The notes under the pieces: model-generated | Told to the model about the DNA's origin: nothing | The model's input: only the letters and a program-made list of their open reading frames with translations | The model's database searches: none | Assembly (NCBI GenBank): GCA_023379055.1 | Contig: JAMCSX010000017.1 | Coordinates: 35,868 to 99,867, forward strand | DNA from: Candidatus Marsarchaeota archaeon | Lineage (GTDB): Archaea; Micrarchaeota; Micrarchaeia; Micrarchaeales; CABMGC01 | Length of the DNA stretch: 64,000 nt | Reading direction: 5' to 3' | Made by a program: the position numbers and the translations under genes | Shown here: positions 18,399-28,403 of the stretch, one piece after another | Layout: the number at the start of each line of letters is the position of its first letter | How positions within the stretch are numbered: the first letter of the stretch is position 1

Positions 18399-19620
18399 AC
18401 CTTGAATATTTGGAGATGGCAGCAACCTCGTCTTTTTCAAGCAGATAGCGCGAATACATGAAATCACGCACGGCATCTTCGCCGTATGATTTTATTGCGA
18501 TGTTGACCATGGCGCTGAACAATACAAGATGCTCATTTATTATTGTCTTCTTGTTTGCATGCAGATAAGAAGATAACTTGAGCGCGATCGCGCTTATGGC
18601 ATCCCTGCCCTTCTTAGTTTTGCTCATTCTGCTTATTCTTGCAGGGAATGCGTACTGTGCAAGCATGCTTACGTTGCCATTGCTTGCAAGAGAGACTCCG
18701 GAGGACATGAGAACGCTGGAATATCGCATATAACCGTAGTAGCTCGTTCTGGATGCCATCTCGTTGAACATGCTTGCACGTGAAAGATTATCGAATGCCT
18801 CGTATATGCAATATTTTGACAGGTACTTGCCAGGTATGTTCTGACCTATCCAGTTCAGCATCATGTCAAGTGCTATGTCTGTGGATGACAATGCGCTCCT
18901 TGCAATCTCAAAGTCTGACGAGAGGAATATCCTGTCAAGCACTTTGAATATCTCGACCTTCCGGTTCCTTACGCCAAGGAATTCCATGAGATCGGGGCTG
19001 GCATTGATCATCATGTCCAGATCATTAAGTGCGCCGCGTATGTCCCCGTTGCTTCTGTCGGCGATCTCCTGGAGTATCGCCTTATCAACAGTCTTCTTCT
19101 CACTTAGCAGTATCCTCTCCATAAGTCCCATTATCTGCGCGCTGTCGGGTCTCTTGAACTCTATCTTCTCAACATTGTCCCTTAGAAAGGATACTTTCCT
19201 GTTCCAATAGTCGTTGGCTATGAAGATTATGGGATGGCGCGATTCCCTAATGAGCTTCAGTATCACGGATTCGCAACCCGAATCGGCCCTAGACGACAGC
19301 TCGTCTATTTCGTCGAATAGTATGAGACACTTCTTTGAGAAGAGGCTTCGAGTAGTGCCAAGCGGTACCACTCGCGTCCTTAGACTCTCGGCATCCCTGT
19401 AGTCGCTTGCATTCAACTCTATGAGCTCAAGCCCATTTGAATAGGCAAATGCATGCGCTGCGGTGGTCTTGCCTGTGCCGGAAGGCCCGCATATCATGAC
19501 CGGCCTTACCCTGTTTCCCTTGAGTACCTCGCTTCCCAGATCCAACATCCTCTTCCTTGCAAGACCATTGGATAATATGCCATTTATAGTGAATGGGGTA
19601 TACTTTTCGCATAATGACAT
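18388..19620 (-). CDS. rfcL: Replication factor C large subunit
   Basis: EKY.P, GPSGTGKT, IELNASD.R, FDEID, GDIRGALNDL; start MSLCEKY. Confidence 0.92.
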   Translation of the reverse strand: MSLCEKYTPFTINGILSNGLARKRMLDLGSEVLKGNRVRPVMICGPSGTGKTTAAHAFAYSNGLELIELNASDYRDAESLRTRVVPLGTTRSLFSKKCLILFDEIDELSSRADSGCESVILKLIRESRHPIIFIANDYWNRKVSFLRDNVEKIEFKRPDSAQIMGLMERILLSEKKTVDKAILQEIADRSNGDIRGALNDLDMMINASPDLMEFLGVRNRKVEIFKVLDRIFLSSDFEIARSALSSTDIALDMMLNWIGQNIPGKYLSKYCIYEAFDNLSRASMFNEMASRTSYYGYMRYSSVLMSSGVSLASNGNVSMLAQYAFPARISRMSKTKKGRDAISAIALKLSSYLHANKKTIINEHLVLFSAMVNIAIKSYGEDAVRDFMYSRYLLEKDEVAAISKYSRFSS

Positions 19621-19678
19621 TAAGATCACACAGATTAGCAACTATTATATTAGTATTGAGATACATAAATCTTTTGTT

Positions 19679-19753
19679 GCTCCGATCATCTAGTCCGGTC
19701 AAGGATGCAGGCCTCTCACGTCTGAAACCCGGGTTCAAATCCCGGTCGGAGCA
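19679..19753 (+). tRNA. tRNA-Glu(CTC)
   Basis: Acceptor GCTCCGA/TCGGAGC, anticodon arm CAGGC-CTCTCAC-GTCTG, T arm CCGGG-TTCAAAT-CCCGG. Confidence 0.95.
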
Positions 19754-19763
19754 AATAATATTT

Positions 19764-19781
19764 GGGGTTATATATAACCCC
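19764..19781. terminator. Perfect palindrome just downstream of tRNA-Glu (terminator-like)
   Basis: GGGGTTATATATAACCCC. Confidence 0.35.
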
Positions 19782-19957
19782 AGCAAATAATATTGAGACT
19801 TATCTGAAACTTTGTCTAATTATCAAAAACTACATAATTTGACATTTGAACCTGCTGACAAGTGTAGAATAAAAGTATTTAAGTTGATAATAATTAATAG
19901 GTTTATAATCGGTTCTTATCATGACATTTGCCAACCCAACCAAACCAGGTATGATCA

Positions 19958-21703
19958 ATGTCAATATTTAATATAAATCTACGCAAAATGAAATATTTCG
20001 AAAAATGGCTTATTCTAGGAATAATAATAGGAGTCGCAGCAGGAATAGGCGCAATAATATTCTATTATTTGATAATATATATGCAGAGCCTTTTTCTTGG
20101 CGGAATCGTTGGTATGACTGTACCTACGGCATCTGGAGAAGGCGGCAGCGGATTCGTGCAAGGCAACTTCCTCTTAGTGCCAGTTTCCATAATACTGGGT
20201 GGATTGCTTTCTGGCTTTCTTGTTTACAAGTTTGCTCCTGAAGCAGAAGGCCATGGAACTGATGCTATAATAAACTCATTTCACAACAAGAATGGAGAGA
20301 TCAGACATAGAGTACCAATAGTAAAGACGATATCATCTGCGATCACCATAGGCTCCGGCGGTAGCGCAGGCAGAGAAGGACCTACCGCGCAGATTGCATC
20401 GGGCATAGGGGCATTTTTTGCTGACTTGCTAAAACTCACTAAAAAAGAGAAGCGAATTGCAATATTGGTTGGTGCTGGAGCAGGGATAGGTACCATATTC
20501 AAAGCGCCGATAGGTGGCGCTCTGCTTGCCGTAGAAGTTCCATACAAAAGGGATTTTGAAACCTCGGCTCTGTTCCCAGCCATAGTTGCAAGCGCAGTTG
20601 GATATTCAATATTCGGATCCATAGTTGGCTTTCAGCCAATCTTCGGATATTATCTTGGCGGATTCAATCCGTTAAATCTGCCACTATATGCTGTGCTAGG
20701 CATAGGAACAGGCATCTTCGCGATAATATATATAAAATTTTTCTACTACATTCATGATAAATTCAAGTCGTTTAAAATAAGCAACTACTACAAGCCCGCC
20801 GTAGGTGCGGTTATAGTTGGTACTATAGCGATTCTATTTCCTGAAATAATGAGTGTGGGATATGGATGGGTCCAGTTTATGGTAAATGGCAGTATTTCTT
20901 CGTTTCCGACGTTTGGCCTTCCAACACTTCTTATATTAGTGCTCCTTCCATTTGCAAAGATAGTTGCAACCTCATTCTCAATAGGTACGGGGGGCAGCGG
21001 AGGTGTATTTGCACCGGGAATATTCGTAGGGGCTTCGGTAGGACTTCTTTTTGGCATGCTGTTCCATATGATCTTCCCTAGCCTAGTCACTTCGGTTGCA
21101 CCTTTTGTGATAGTAGGCATGCTAGCGCTGATGGGCGGAGCAGGAAAAATCCCAATATCAGTATTACTCATGATAACTGAGATGACTGGTAGCCTTCAGC
21201 TCTTGCCCGCAGCGATGATCGCCGTATCAATGTCATATCTGATATCAGGCCAAAGCACAATTTACCGCTCGCAGGTGGCTACAAGGAAAGAATCACCAGC
21301 TCACACGAATGAATATCGTAAACCAATACTTGAAAGTATAAAGCTAAAGGATCTTCGGCTAAATGATATTTCAGTTGATGCGCGCCTTCCAGTTTCCTAT
21401 GCAATCAAGCGCATGAAGGAATTTGGCATCACTTCCATTCCGGTTGTGGACAAAACTGGAAGGAAAAATCGATTAGGGGTGATAGCATTACTTAATATGC
21501 GCAACACATATTCAGAAAAGGTTAGGGCAGTGGCCGCCTGGGATATTAGGATGGTTAAACTAGACAGCAGCGGAAGAGTCGCACTAGATGTAATGTCAGA
21601 AATGAAAACGACATGGGTTGCAGTGGAGGATGGAAACGAGTATGTTGGTTGCATAACCCTAAAACAGATTGTCAATGAATACAAGAAGCGGCTTGAAACA
21701 TAG
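19958..21703 (+). CDS. ClC family chloride channel/Cl-:H+ antiporter with C-terminal CBS pair
   Basis: APEAEGHGTD, GGSAGREGP, FKAPIGG, GGVFAP, TIY; visibly more AT-rich than its neighbours. Confidence 0.92.
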   Translation: MSIFNINLRKMKYFEKWLILGIIIGVAAGIGAIIFYYLIIYMQSLFLGGIVGMTVPTASGEGGSGFVQGNFLLVPVSIILGGLLSGFLVYKFAPEAEGHGTDAIINSFHNKNGEIRHRVPIVKTISSAITIGSGGSAGREGPTAQIASGIGAFFADLLKLTKKEKRIAILVGAGAGIGTIFKAPIGGALLAVEVPYKRDFETSALFPAIVASAVGYSIFGSIVGFQPIFGYYLGGFNPLNLPLYAVLGIGTGIFAIIYIKFFYYIHDKFKSFKISNYYKPAVGAVIVGTIAILFPEIMSVGYGWVQFMVNGSISSFPTFGLPTLLILVLLPFAKIVATSFSIGTGGSGGVFAPGIFVGASVGLLFGMLFHMIFPSLVTSVAPFVIVGMLALMGGAGKIPISVLLMITEMTGSLQLLPAAMIAVSMSYLISGQSTIYRSQVATRKESPAHTNEYRKPILESIKLKDLRLNDISVDARLPVSYAIKRMKEFGITSIPVVDKTGRKNRLGVIALLNMRNTYSEKVRAVAAWDIRMVKLDSSGRVALDVMSEMKTTWVAVEDGNEYVGCITLKQIVNEYKKRLET

Positions 21704-21738
21704 GACTAATTGATGCATAGGCAGCTTATCAGGAAAAC

Positions 21739-22420
21739 ATGAAATAAGGGGCTTCGCCCCTTATAAACCCTAAGCACGGGCGGGTTCCTCCGCAGCAAGC
21801 TAGCGGTATCTCACCCGCCCGAATCAGTTGAATTGCAGTTTCATCTGATGTCCTTCCTCTTCGTGTTGCAGAAACGGTTCGAAGGAGACATCCTGTCTTC
21901 TGATGTAATTCTGTATTATATTTTCGCCGACAGGACCGACACTGCTGTTACTATACTGTCCTCCCCAGAAATGTTTCTTGGGATATCGTTTTGTGAAGTT
22001 CGGCATTTCTTTGAAGATTTTTGATGCGGAATGCGACTTCAGGATCTGTACGACCTGTTCCATTGAAAGGTTGTTTGGCACATTTACTTCCATATGCACG
22101 TGTGCATAATCGTCTCCAAATGAGAACTCCTTTATTTTTATCTTGTACTGCATCTCAGTTTCTCGAAATGCGTCTGCAACAACCTTCTGCGTCTTCGAAT
22201 TTTTGAATACTTTGAATCGGTACTTTGATACAAGCACAATGTGCTCAAAATTGTATTGGAAGTCCGATACATTTTTATGATTTCCATGAGTTATACTCAC
22301 CATTGCATTACTTCGGCGCGACGAACATCACGTCGCGTCAAGTATTTTTCCTCCTCAAAGCGTATATTTACTGCAGAATCAGTTCAACCCCCAACGAGGT
22401 TGGGGGAATTCTCTAGGTAT
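21739..22420 (-). mobile_element. IS200-like element (tnpA only) with subterminal hairpins
   Basis: tnpA flanked upstream by CCCCCAAC-GAG-GTTGGGGG (22388-22406) and downstream by hairpins at 21777-21821 and 21744-21764; exact ends uncertain. Confidence 0.8.
21824..22303 (-). CDS. tnpA: IS200/IS605 family Y1 (HUH) transposase
   Basis: HIVLVSKYR, HVH HUH motif, LKSHSA, HFWGGQY, catalytic Tyr in IQNYIRRQ. Confidence 0.93.
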   Translation of the reverse strand: MVSITHGNHKNVSDFQYNFEHIVLVSKYRFKVFKNSKTQKVVADAFRETEMQYKIKIKEFSFGDDYAHVHMEVNVPNNLSMEQVVQILKSHSASKIFKEMPNFTKRYPKKHFWGGQYSNSSVGPVGENIIQNYIRRQDVSFEPFLQHEEEGHQMKLQFN

Positions 22421-22447
22421 TAAAATCCTTGTTGTTGATATGTTATC

Positions 22448-22783
22448 ATGCGCGACCTTGACAGTGCGATAGAGAACCTTGAGGCCTGGGAGGCAAAGGA
22501 AAAGGGCAATGCCGAGCCGACAATGGTCTCGAATCGGGTTTTGATAGGCAGGGTAGAGCAATTCTTCGAAAAGATAGGCGTCATGGCGATAACACTAGAA
22601 TCTGATCTTAAGGTAGGGGACATAATAGAAATAGGTAATTATGAGGAAGCAGTGAGGCAGAAGATTTCCAGCATGCAGATAGACAAGAAGGACGTAGCAG
22701 AGGCTGGAAGGGGGAATGACGTAGGCATAAAGCTGAAGTATAGGGTCTCTGCAGGAAGCGAAGTATACAGGATTGGGAGGTAG
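22448..22783 (+). CDS. Translation elongation factor domain II-like beta-barrel protein
   Basis: IGRVEQFFEKIGV, LKVGDII, SMQID..V.EA..G.DVGIK. Confidence 0.75.
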   Translation: MRDLDSAIENLEAWEAKEKGNAEPTMVSNRVLIGRVEQFFEKIGVMAITLESDLKVGDIIEIGNYEEAVRQKISSMQIDKKDVAEAGRGNDVGIKLKYRVSAGSEVYRIGR

Positions 22784-22806
22784 GATTTCAGCGTTAGTCC
22801 GGACTA

Positions 22807-23832
22807 TTACCTCAATATTGTAGAGTTACATCCGGCAGGCTGCGACAGCTGGCCGCTTATTATAAGCTTGAGGTATCCCACCGCAGGCACTATGCCTATC
22901 ACATATCCAACTACTGCGTCCTGCGCCACCGGATAGTTTCCGAACTGTATGTCAAGACCACCGTTGTTGTCACCGCGGGTCAATAGATAATACCGGCCGC
23001 CCGCATTTATGGCAGCCACTACACGGTGGATTATGTCACCGGAAAAAGTATCATTGCGTGTTGTGCGGTACACTATTATGGGATTGCTGAAGTTCTCACT
23101 TATGGTTGTATTGTTTATCGTTATCAGTGAAGTCTGGATAATCTTGAGAGTCGTTCCGCTGATGTTTACACGGCCTATTGAATAGTTGTATCTGATAAGG
23201 CCTGTTTGATTCCTCACAAGGCACGTATAATAGCTGCTCTGCCTGCCGAAGTATCCGTAAGAATCAAGACAGTTGGTATTGTACAGGCCCACAGAAAAGG
23301 TATTGGAACCCGTCATCTCGACTATGTTGGACCTGTTCGTTGGATTGTATGCGAAGAATGCAAGAGATTCGGACCCCATATTGGCCAGCGTGTAGTTCAT
23401 TGCAGAAGGGGATACGTTCACCACAGGGATGTGGTATTGCCTTAGGAAGTAGCTCATGTTTGATATTCCGTGCAGAAACACCATGTCGCCCCTGTGAAGG
23501 CTTGGAAGCATGCTGCAGCTTGCAACAACATCTACTGGAGACCAGGTGCCGAGTATGAGCCCTGCAGCCACGAACAGCAGTATCACAACTGCAAATACGG
23601 TTATTATCTCGTATATCGTCTTCCTGAATCCCTGCTCCTTAACACCGTGCCTGAACTCCGCTATTAATGTAACTATAATAAGCACGAATGCGACAAGTCC
23701 GAGTATCACGCTGTTCCATATCGCGTAGCTGATTATTGAGAGTAGGATAAGGAGATAAAGCACATTGATGGCCATATTCCGGCTTTTTGCGTTAGCCGCT
23801 ACATTAGCGGAGTTTTTTTGTCTGCCTCTCAA
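22807..23832 (-). CDS. S26 (Sec11-type) signal peptidase-like protein with a large insertion
   Basis: VASCSMLP.L.RGD (catalytic Ser), IIHRV, TRGDNN; several N-terminal TMs. Confidence 0.8.
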   Translation of the reverse strand: MRGRQKNSANVAANAKSRNMAINVLYLLILLSIISYAIWNSVILGLVAFVLIIVTLIAEFRHGVKEQGFRKTIYEIITVFAVVILLFVAAGLILGTWSPVDVVASCSMLPSLHRGDMVFLHGISNMSYFLRQYHIPVVNVSPSAMNYTLANMGSESLAFFAYNPTNRSNIVEMTGSNTFSVGLYNTNCLDSYGYFGRQSSYYTCLVRNQTGLIRYNYSIGRVNISGTTLKIIQTSLITINNTTISENFSNPIIVYRTTRNDTFSGDIIHRVVAAINAGGRYYLLTRGDNNGGLDIQFGNYPVAQDAVVGYVIGIVPAVGYLKLIISGQLSQPAGCNSTILR

Positions 23833-23842
23833 GATACTTACC

Positions 23843-26800
23843 CTACTTGTTAGCCATCATGCTGCTTATGTCCAGTCCCACTGCATTCGATTCCTTGCTT
23901 TCGTCCATGGCAACGCCTATCGCCGTGTCTGCGTTCACTATAAGCGAATTATTGTGGCTTATCACAACGAATTGCGCATCCTTGCTCATCTCCTTTATGA
24001 GCCTAGACAATATTTTTGCATTCTCCGAGTCAAGGGCCGCATCCACTTCGTCGAACAGGTAAAGTGAGGATTTCTTGCATTGATGTATGGAAAACAGCAG
24101 CATAAGCGCTATTATGGACTTCTGGCCTCCTGACAGCGATTTCAGCGGAATATCGAGCTTTCCGTCAGTCATCTTTATGTACAATCCGCTGTTAAGCGGA
24201 TCCTTTTCATCGTCAAGCATTATGGTTCCCTTCCCAGGAAACACCTGATTGTACAGCTTGGTGAAATTCTTATTCACCTCATTAAGCATCTCCATGAATG
24301 TCTGAAGCTTCTTTGAGTCTATTTCCTCAATCATGCGCAGCACCGCATCCTTCTCATTGTGTAACGTGTCTACCCTTGACCTTGCCTCTTCGGTAAGCTT
24401 CTTTCTTTCTTCATACAGCTCCGGAGCCCTGAGGTTAACGTTTCCCAGCTCCGTTATTCTAACCTGCAGGGTATTTGCCTCAAGCTCCATATCAGGTATC
24501 TTGTCCTTTACAACTATCAGTGATTTGTCGTACGTTGACAACTCTGCAGCGATATCGTTGAATCTCGTCTCGCTATTTCCCCTCTTTATGCCCAATTCGC
24601 TTATCTGCCTGTCAATGTTAGAAGTGTCGCTGCTAAGCGATCCGATGGCATTGCCCAGGCTAGCCAGTTCGGTATCCAATGAAGTTACTGTTTCAAACGC
24701 ATTCTTTGTAGATTCGTTCCTCCCGCTTATCTCTTTTTCGAGCTCGGAGCGTGACTTTGCAAGCAGGCCTTTTCTTACCTCCTTGTCACGTAGGTCAGAT
24801 TTCATCTGCTTTAACTGGTTCTTTGCACTGGATACAGCAGTGCTGAGCTCGCTGGACTTCTGTTCGAGCATTTGCATCTCCTTGTTAAGTTCTGCCCTTG
24901 CGATCTTGTAGCCTTCTATGTCATCCCTCATCTTCTCTGACATTGCCTTTTCCTCCTTGAACTTTGCTGACCTGCCCATATTCAACGCAGAATTCATCTT
25001 GTCGTAGACCGCTGAGCGTGACTCCCTATGCGAATTTAGGGCGGAGGCTATCTCCAGCCTTTCTCTGTCCTTCTTTGACATCTCGTCACGTATCTTTGAG
25101 ATCCCGACTGAACACGATTTTATCTGCACATTTAACTCAGACTGCAGCTTAAGCATATTGCCCAGGTCGTCCTTGGCAGCTTTTATGGCTGCTGCAACCC
25201 CGCTTATCTGCGCCTCAACAAGATATCTTTCCTTCTCTGCGGCCCTCAGCGACTCGGCGATAAGTTCTGCGCCCTTTCTCAGCTTGGACTTTTCTGCATC
25301 AAGATCTGCAAGCCTGCCTTCTATTGCTGCAAGGGAGATTCTCCTTGAAGAGCCCCCGGATATAACGCCTGATTGCTCTATGAGCTCCCCTTCAAGGGTC
25401 ACGTATCTGTGCTTCCCTATGCCGTATTTTTTGGCGTCTCCAGAAGAATCTATGAGGTAGGTATTGTTGAAGATGTATGAGAAGGCCTTCGCAAACTTTT
25501 CGTTGTATTTCACTATATCCAATATGGGAATCAGCCCTTTTTCCTTCTGCTGCTTCTCGGGGTTGAGTTCTGATAGAGGTATGAATGTTGCGCGGCCCAT
25601 GTTATTCTGCTTTAGGTAGTCAATTATCTTTGTGCCAATATCTATGGATTCCACTACAAAGTAATCGAATCTGCTTGATGCGGCGACCTCAACAGCACAT
25701 GCATGATGTACATCGTACTGGCATAGCCTTGATGCCTTTCCGTAGAATCCGTCCTTCTCCCCGAATTTGTCGGATATCTTACCAAGAAGGCCGCCCTCCC
25801 TGGATTGAGCTGCGGCGCGCTGTTCCATAAGCCTGAACTGCTCCAAGTCTATCTCAGAAAGCCTCTGCTTTGCCTTGGAGCTCTCGGTTGTCAGTTTTGC
25901 AATTGTTGCTGCATTGTCAGTTAGGCGGAGGCGGGCACTCCTGAGCTCTTCCTCCTTATTCGCAGTTAGCTTCAGCATCCTGTCGCATTCGTTCCCGATA
26001 TCAGACAGCTTTTTCTCTGATTCCGATTTCCTTGATTCGGAATTCGACAGGTCCGACTGCAGTTTCTGCATGTAGACCTCAAGCTCGGTGAGTATGCCCT
26101 CGTGCTCGGATATCGTACCGTCAAGCTCCTTGAGATCCTTCTGAAAATCTGCACCATCGTATAGAATGCCGAGTTTGGCAAGCCCAGCCTCCAGCACTGC
26201 AACCTTCTTGGTAAGCTCGTCTACAGACAGGGTGTTTGAGGTTATTTTTTCGTTAGCAAGAGCCAGTTCCTGGCCAGACTGCAAAATAAACGCATTCCTG
26301 TCCTCAATAGATCTCTGCAGTGCAGGCATCTCAACCTCAAGCTTTGCGAGCTCTCTGCTCAGGTTCTCCAACTTTGCGTTTGTCTCACCTGACGTTGAGG
26401 ATATCTTGTTTAGCTGCGCAGTCATGGCCTCCCTCTCGCCGCTAAGCTGGGTGCGCTTATTGTTCAGTTCGGCGAGTTTGCCAGATACCTCGGATTTCCT
26501 CGAGTTTAGCAATTTTATCTCCTTTGCACTGACGTCAAGGGATTCCTGAAGCTCAGCCTGCCTTGCCAACAGTATGCTATACCGGAGGCTTGTCAGCCGC
26601 TGTTTCATGTTGTTCCACTTCTCTGCTGCCTCTTTTTCCTTTTCAAGCTCATTTAGGAATCCCTGCCTTTCGTTAAGCTGGGCATTTGCAACGCTTATGT
26701 TCTGCTCCACCTTGTCAAGCTCCTTGAGAGCCTCGGATTTTTTGTATTCGAAGTCCCTTATACCTACTGCAGTGTCTATCAGAGACCGCCTATCCTTAGA

Positions 26801-27241
26801 ATTCATCTGTGCAATTTGATTTATCATTCCCTGAGCTATTGTAGTTGTATCATCCACCTTAACCCCATTAGATGACAGGACCTCTATCACCTCCCGCCTT
26901 GTCATTGTCTTCCCGTTAAGCTTATAGTGGGTCTTCGAATCCGAGTTTACCGACTTGATTATTGTTATATTCTGTCCGTCACCCTCGAATTCCATTTTCA
27001 CATGCGCAACGAGGGGCTCTCCGGATCTTTTCTTCATGTTCCTGTTTATAAGCTCGCTGAGGCCATCCACCCTTAACGCAGACAGCGAAGGCTCGCCGAG
27101 GTCGAACATCATCGAATCGAAGATCACGCTCTTTCCGCTTCCGTTTGGACCGACAACGCAGTTGAACCCCTTGCTAAAAAGAAGTTCCGCATGCCTAAAT
27201 GACTTGAATTTATCTATGATAAGTGACTTTAGGTACAACAT
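23843..27241 (-). CDS. smc: Chromosome segregation protein SMC
   Basis: Walker A GPNGSGKS, hinge GRATFIPL / GVISGG, signature LSGGQ, DEVDAALD, long coiled coils. Confidence 0.95.
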   Translation of the reverse strand: MLYLKSLIIDKFKSFRHAELLFSKGFNCVVGPNGSGKSVIFDSMMFDLGEPSLSALRVDGLSELINRNMKKRSGEPLVAHVKMEFEGDGQNITIIKSVNSDSKTHYKLNGKTMTRREVIEVLSSNGVKVDDTTTIAQGMINQIAQMNSKDRRSLIDTAVGIRDFEYKKSEALKELDKVEQNISVANAQLNERQGFLNELEKEKEAAEKWNNMKQRLTSLRYSILLARQAELQESLDVSAKEIKLLNSRKSEVSGKLAELNNKRTQLSGEREAMTAQLNKISSTSGETNAKLENLSRELAKLEVEMPALQRSIEDRNAFILQSGQELALANEKITSNTLSVDELTKKVAVLEAGLAKLGILYDGADFQKDLKELDGTISEHEGILTELEVYMQKLQSDLSNSESRKSESEKKLSDIGNECDRMLKLTANKEEELRSARLRLTDNAATIAKLTTESSKAKQRLSEIDLEQFRLMEQRAAAQSREGGLLGKISDKFGEKDGFYGKASRLCQYDVHHACAVEVAASSRFDYFVVESIDIGTKIIDYLKQNNMGRATFIPLSELNPEKQQKEKGLIPILDIVKYNEKFAKAFSYIFNNTYLIDSSGDAKKYGIGKHRYVTLEGELIEQSGVISGGSSRRISLAAIEGRLADLDAEKSKLRKGAELIAESLRAAEKERYLVEAQISGVAAAIKAAKDDLGNMLKLQSELNVQIKSCSVGISKIRDEMSKKDRERLEIASALNSHRESRSAVYDKMNSALNMGRSAKFKEEKAMSEKMRDDIEGYKIARAELNKEMQMLEQKSSELSTAVSSAKNQLKQMKSDLRDKEVRKGLLAKSRSELEKEISGRNESTKNAFETVTSLDTELASLGNAIGSLSSDTSNIDRQISELGIKRGNSETRFNDIAAELSTYDKSLIVVKDKIPDMELEANTLQVRITELGNVNLRAPELYEERKKLTEEARSRVDTLHNEKDAVLRMIEEIDSKKLQTFMEMLNEVNKNFTKLYNQVFPGKGTIMLDDEKDPLNSGLYIKMTDGKLDIPLKSLSGGQKSIIALMLLFSIHQCKKSSLYLFDEVDAALDSENAKILSRLIKEMSKDAQFVVISHNNSLIVNADTAIGVAMDESKESNAVGLDISSMMANK

Positions 27242-27278
27242 ACTTCAACACCGGTCGCAGTATTAAGATATCGACAAA

Positions 27279-28352
27279 TTATTTAAAAGCTTTCCTTTTA
27301 GGTTTCCTTGCTACATGCAAGGTAATGAGCGCGGCAAGATGAGACCCAGTCGCTATGCCCATGAGCCTCGAGCCCTTTACTATTGCAGCAATCCTGAATG
27401 CGTTTCCTTCCGTCTTTGACAGCACATCCACAATGTTCATAGAAGGAGGCAGATTTGGTATCTGGACTGCGATATCCTTTAACTTCCTTGCTTTTGAAAT
27501 GGCCTGCTTATCGAATAGATTTATCGCTGCAAATCCACGGTTTGGGATCTTGATTAACACCAGGTGCTCCTTCTTCCTGCGTATTGTGTTGTAAAGCTCG
27601 CTTATATCTGCATTATAGTCCATGAGCGCATAGTCATGGCTTAGTGCGTCTGCAACAGTAATTCCCTTTGCATTCTCGCGCAGCGTGACGGCGTTCTCCT
27701 CTGCCTTCATGCCGCTGTATATGAAGAACACTATTATCATGTCCCAGAGAAGCGTAAGCTCCTTATATCCCAAGGAATACCTGCTGGGAACTGCGACGAA
27801 TACCAGGGTACCGATTACTATAAGCCACAGGAAGTACTTGCTTATCTTTACAGTCTTCATTGTCGCTTCGTAGAACCCAGACCTTCTCTGCAGATAGCTT
27901 CGAAGCACTCTGCCCCCGTCCATCGGAAACGCGGGGATAAGATTGAACAGGCCAAGAAGTATGTTTATCAGGAACAGGTACTGCACTATGTAGGTTATTA
28001 GCCCTGGCGGAGTTACTGCCACCAGAATACCGAACATGCTGCCGAGAAACATGCTCATTATCGGCCCTGCAATAGCTATGTTTAATTCCACTGCAGGATC
28101 TATGTTAAGGTCGTCGATGATTGATGCGCCGCCTATCGGCAGCAGTATTATCTTGCTTACTTTTATGCCGTTTCTAAGCGCAGTTACCGAGTGCGATAAT
28201 TCGTGCACAAGCACGCAGACGAAAAGCAGGATCCAGATAAGACCAAGAAGCGGGGACAGATATATGAAGAATAGTATCAGCAGAATGAAAAGCCAGTTTA
28301 GCTCTATGTCTATGCCGAATATGCTGCCTATTTTTATTGAACCGTCTGCCAT
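27279..28352 (-). CDS. Site-2 protease (M50) with degenerate CBS region
   Basis: HELSH, AIAGP, FNLIPAFPMDGGR; start MADGS. Confidence 0.9.
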   Translation of the reverse strand: MADGSIKIGSIFGIDIELNWLFILLILFFIYLSPLLGLIWILLFVCVLVHELSHSVTALRNGIKVSKIILLPIGGASIIDDLNIDPAVELNIAIAGPIMSMFLGSMFGILVAVTPPGLITYIVQYLFLINILLGLFNLIPAFPMDGGRVLRSYLQRRSGFYEATMKTVKISKYFLWLIVIGTLVFVAVPSRYSLGYKELTLLWDMIIVFFIYSGMKAEENAVTLRENAKGITVADALSHDYALMDYNADISELYNTIRRKKEHLVLIKIPNRGFAAINLFDKQAISKARKLKDIAVQIPNLPPSMNIVDVLSKTEGNAFRIAAIVKGSRLMGIATGSHLAALITLHVARKPKRKAFK

Positions 28353-28403
28353 CACCATTATTTCCAAAAAAAGACTTATTAATGCTCTTACAGTCATCAT
28401 CTC

